From the NCBI GenBank assembly GCA_051294375.1, contig CM119271.1, positions 16,516,212 through 16,580,211 of the forward strand: a DNA stretch of 64,000 nt. The letters run 5' to 3'. Shown piece by piece: positions 62,279 to 64,000 of this stretch. Position 1 is the stretch's first letter. Every line of letters starts with the position of its first letter. The stretch comes from Paraspadella gotoi. Its lineage: Eukaryota > Animalia > Chaetognatha. The notes under the pieces are model-generated. The model ran no database searches. It had not been told where the DNA came from and worked only from the letters and a program-made list of their open reading frames with translations. Both the position numbers and the translations under genes were made by a program.

Positions 62279-62476
62279 TGAAGGAGGGAGTGAGGGAGAG
62301 AGGAAAAGAGAGAGGGAGAGGGATTTAACCAAGATATGCCTCGCCCCCTCAATTAATCCCGTTTAGTATCTTTGTTACTTTAGCTTCTCCGTGAAATTCA
62401 AATGCCAGAGAAAGGAAAGAAGAGAAAGAGAAGTTATATGTAGAAAAGAGAGGGAGAGACAGAAAAGGAAAGTAGA

Positions 62477-62522
<46 letters not shown>

Positions 62523-62598
62523 CTTCTTCGGCGTCTTTACAATAGACAAACAGGGTTAAAAGAGAAAAAAAAAGAGCTGACGATAGGTGGCCCTGTTT

Positions 62599-62665
<67 letters not shown>

Positions 62666-62739
62666 TTAAGAAAAAAAGAGCAACGCTTCACGATTTTGAC
62701 TTTTAATGTTTTTTCTTTCTTTTGATGAAATTATTAGAT

Positions 62740-63442
62740 GGTGAAGAAGGAGGGGACGGCAGAAGGAAGGGAGAGGAAGGGAAGGTGATAAGAGGGAGGG
62801 GAAGGGAGAAGGAGAGGGAGAGGAGGGAAGGGATAAGAGAGAGGAAGGAAGGCAGAAGTAGAGAGGGAGAGGGAGGGGAGAAAGGGATAAAGAGGGAGGG
62901 GAAGGAGAAGGAGGAAGGGAGAAGGAGGGAAAGGGGATAAGAGGGAGGAGACGGAAAGAAGGAGAAGGGAAGAGGAGGGGAAGGGGATAAGAGGGAGGGG
63001 AAGGGAGAAGGAAGAGGAGAGGAGGGGAGGGGGATAAGGGGGAGAGGGAAGGGAGAAGGAGAGGGAAGAGAGGGAGAAGGAAGGGGATAAGAGAGGGAAG
63101 GGAGAGGAAAGAAGGAGAGGGAGAGGGAGGGGGAGGGAAAAGAGGAGGGGAAAGGGAGAAGGAGAGGGAGAGGGGGAGGGGAAGGGGATAAGAGGGAGGG
63201 GAATGGGAAGGAGAGGGAGTGGAGGGGAAGGGGATAAAGGGAGGGGAATGGGAAGGAGAGGAGAGGAGGGGAAAGGGATAAGAGGGAGGAGACGGAAGAA
63301 GGATAGGGAGAGGAGGGGAAGGGGATAAGAGGGAGGGGAATGGAGAAGGAGGGAAGGGGATAGAAAGGGGAGGATAGGGGAGGATAGGGGAAGGGATAGA
63401 AGGAAGGATAGGGGGAGGATAGAAGGGGAGGATAGGGGAGGA
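62740..63442. repeat. ~700-bp polypurine tract with recurring ggggataagagggagg units
   Basis: Almost pure G/A. Confidence 0.9.
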
Positions 63443-64000
63443 CGTGATTGGAATTAACAATATTTTCTAAGGCGTTTTGGTAAAGATGACAGTTATTAAT
63501 ATGTTGTTGTTTATGTATTTATGTATTAATGTTTTATGTATTAATATGTATTAATTATTAATTGATTTGTTATTTGGTTATTTATGTAATTTATGTTTGT
63601 TTATTTAAATTTTCTATACCCTACATTTCATCTCTTTTCTCCTCTTTTTTCCTTTTTCCCTCCTCCCTACTATCTCTCTCTCTCCCCCTCTCACTCTCTC
63701 TCTCTCTCAGTCGGTCGACGTCGAACCTTTTGCTCTTTTCTCTGATTCTCCGATTTCTTGGAAAAGCGGAGTGAGAGAGGAACTGGAGGAAGGGTTGCTG
63801 AACAGGTGAGAGGGAGAGAGGGAGGAATGGAGGGAGAAAGAAAGAGAGAAGAGGAAAAGAGGAAGTAGAGGGAGAGAGAGAAGAGACAGATTATATCTTA
63901 ATATAAGGAGGGGTTGCCAATTTGGAGAAAGGACAGAAAAAAGAGAGAGAGAGAGAGAAAGAAAGAGAGAGAGAGAGAGAGAAAGAAAGAAATAGAGAGA

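Overview
Animal (probably invertebrate) nuclear DNA: AT-rich, rich in (GA)n and (GAC)n microsatellites, with GT-AG introns and several N gaps. I cannot identify the species. Genes reconstructed by hand, with exon phases checked: (1) the first two exons of a calpain-5/TRA-3-like protease that runs off the left edge; (2) two small MPVSP-starting single-TM ORFs; (3) a head-to-tail cluster of three divergent type-I membrane receptors (signal peptide, CUB-like domain, two Ig-like domains, TM, Cys-rich juxtamembrane segment, tail ending in a Tyr motif or a PDZ-type motif); (4) a two-exon 54-aa TM micropeptide; (5) a four-exon ~1217-aa NLR-like protein with DZIP3-type HEPN (RNEYAH), NACHT and a six-blade KLHDC1/2-like Kelch propeller. 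Mobile DNA includes three families of miniature LTR retroelements (TRIMs) with tRNA-like Pol III modules in their LTRs and a shared PBS, one element with two unrelated LTRs, three palindromic Penelope-like insertions (one with a hammerhead core), a 3.95-kb TA-flanked TIR element, a TG..CA MITE and HINE/DINE-like repeats. A ~3-kb tandem duplication may be an assembly artefact. All domain and family calls come from motif recognition by eye; no searches were run.
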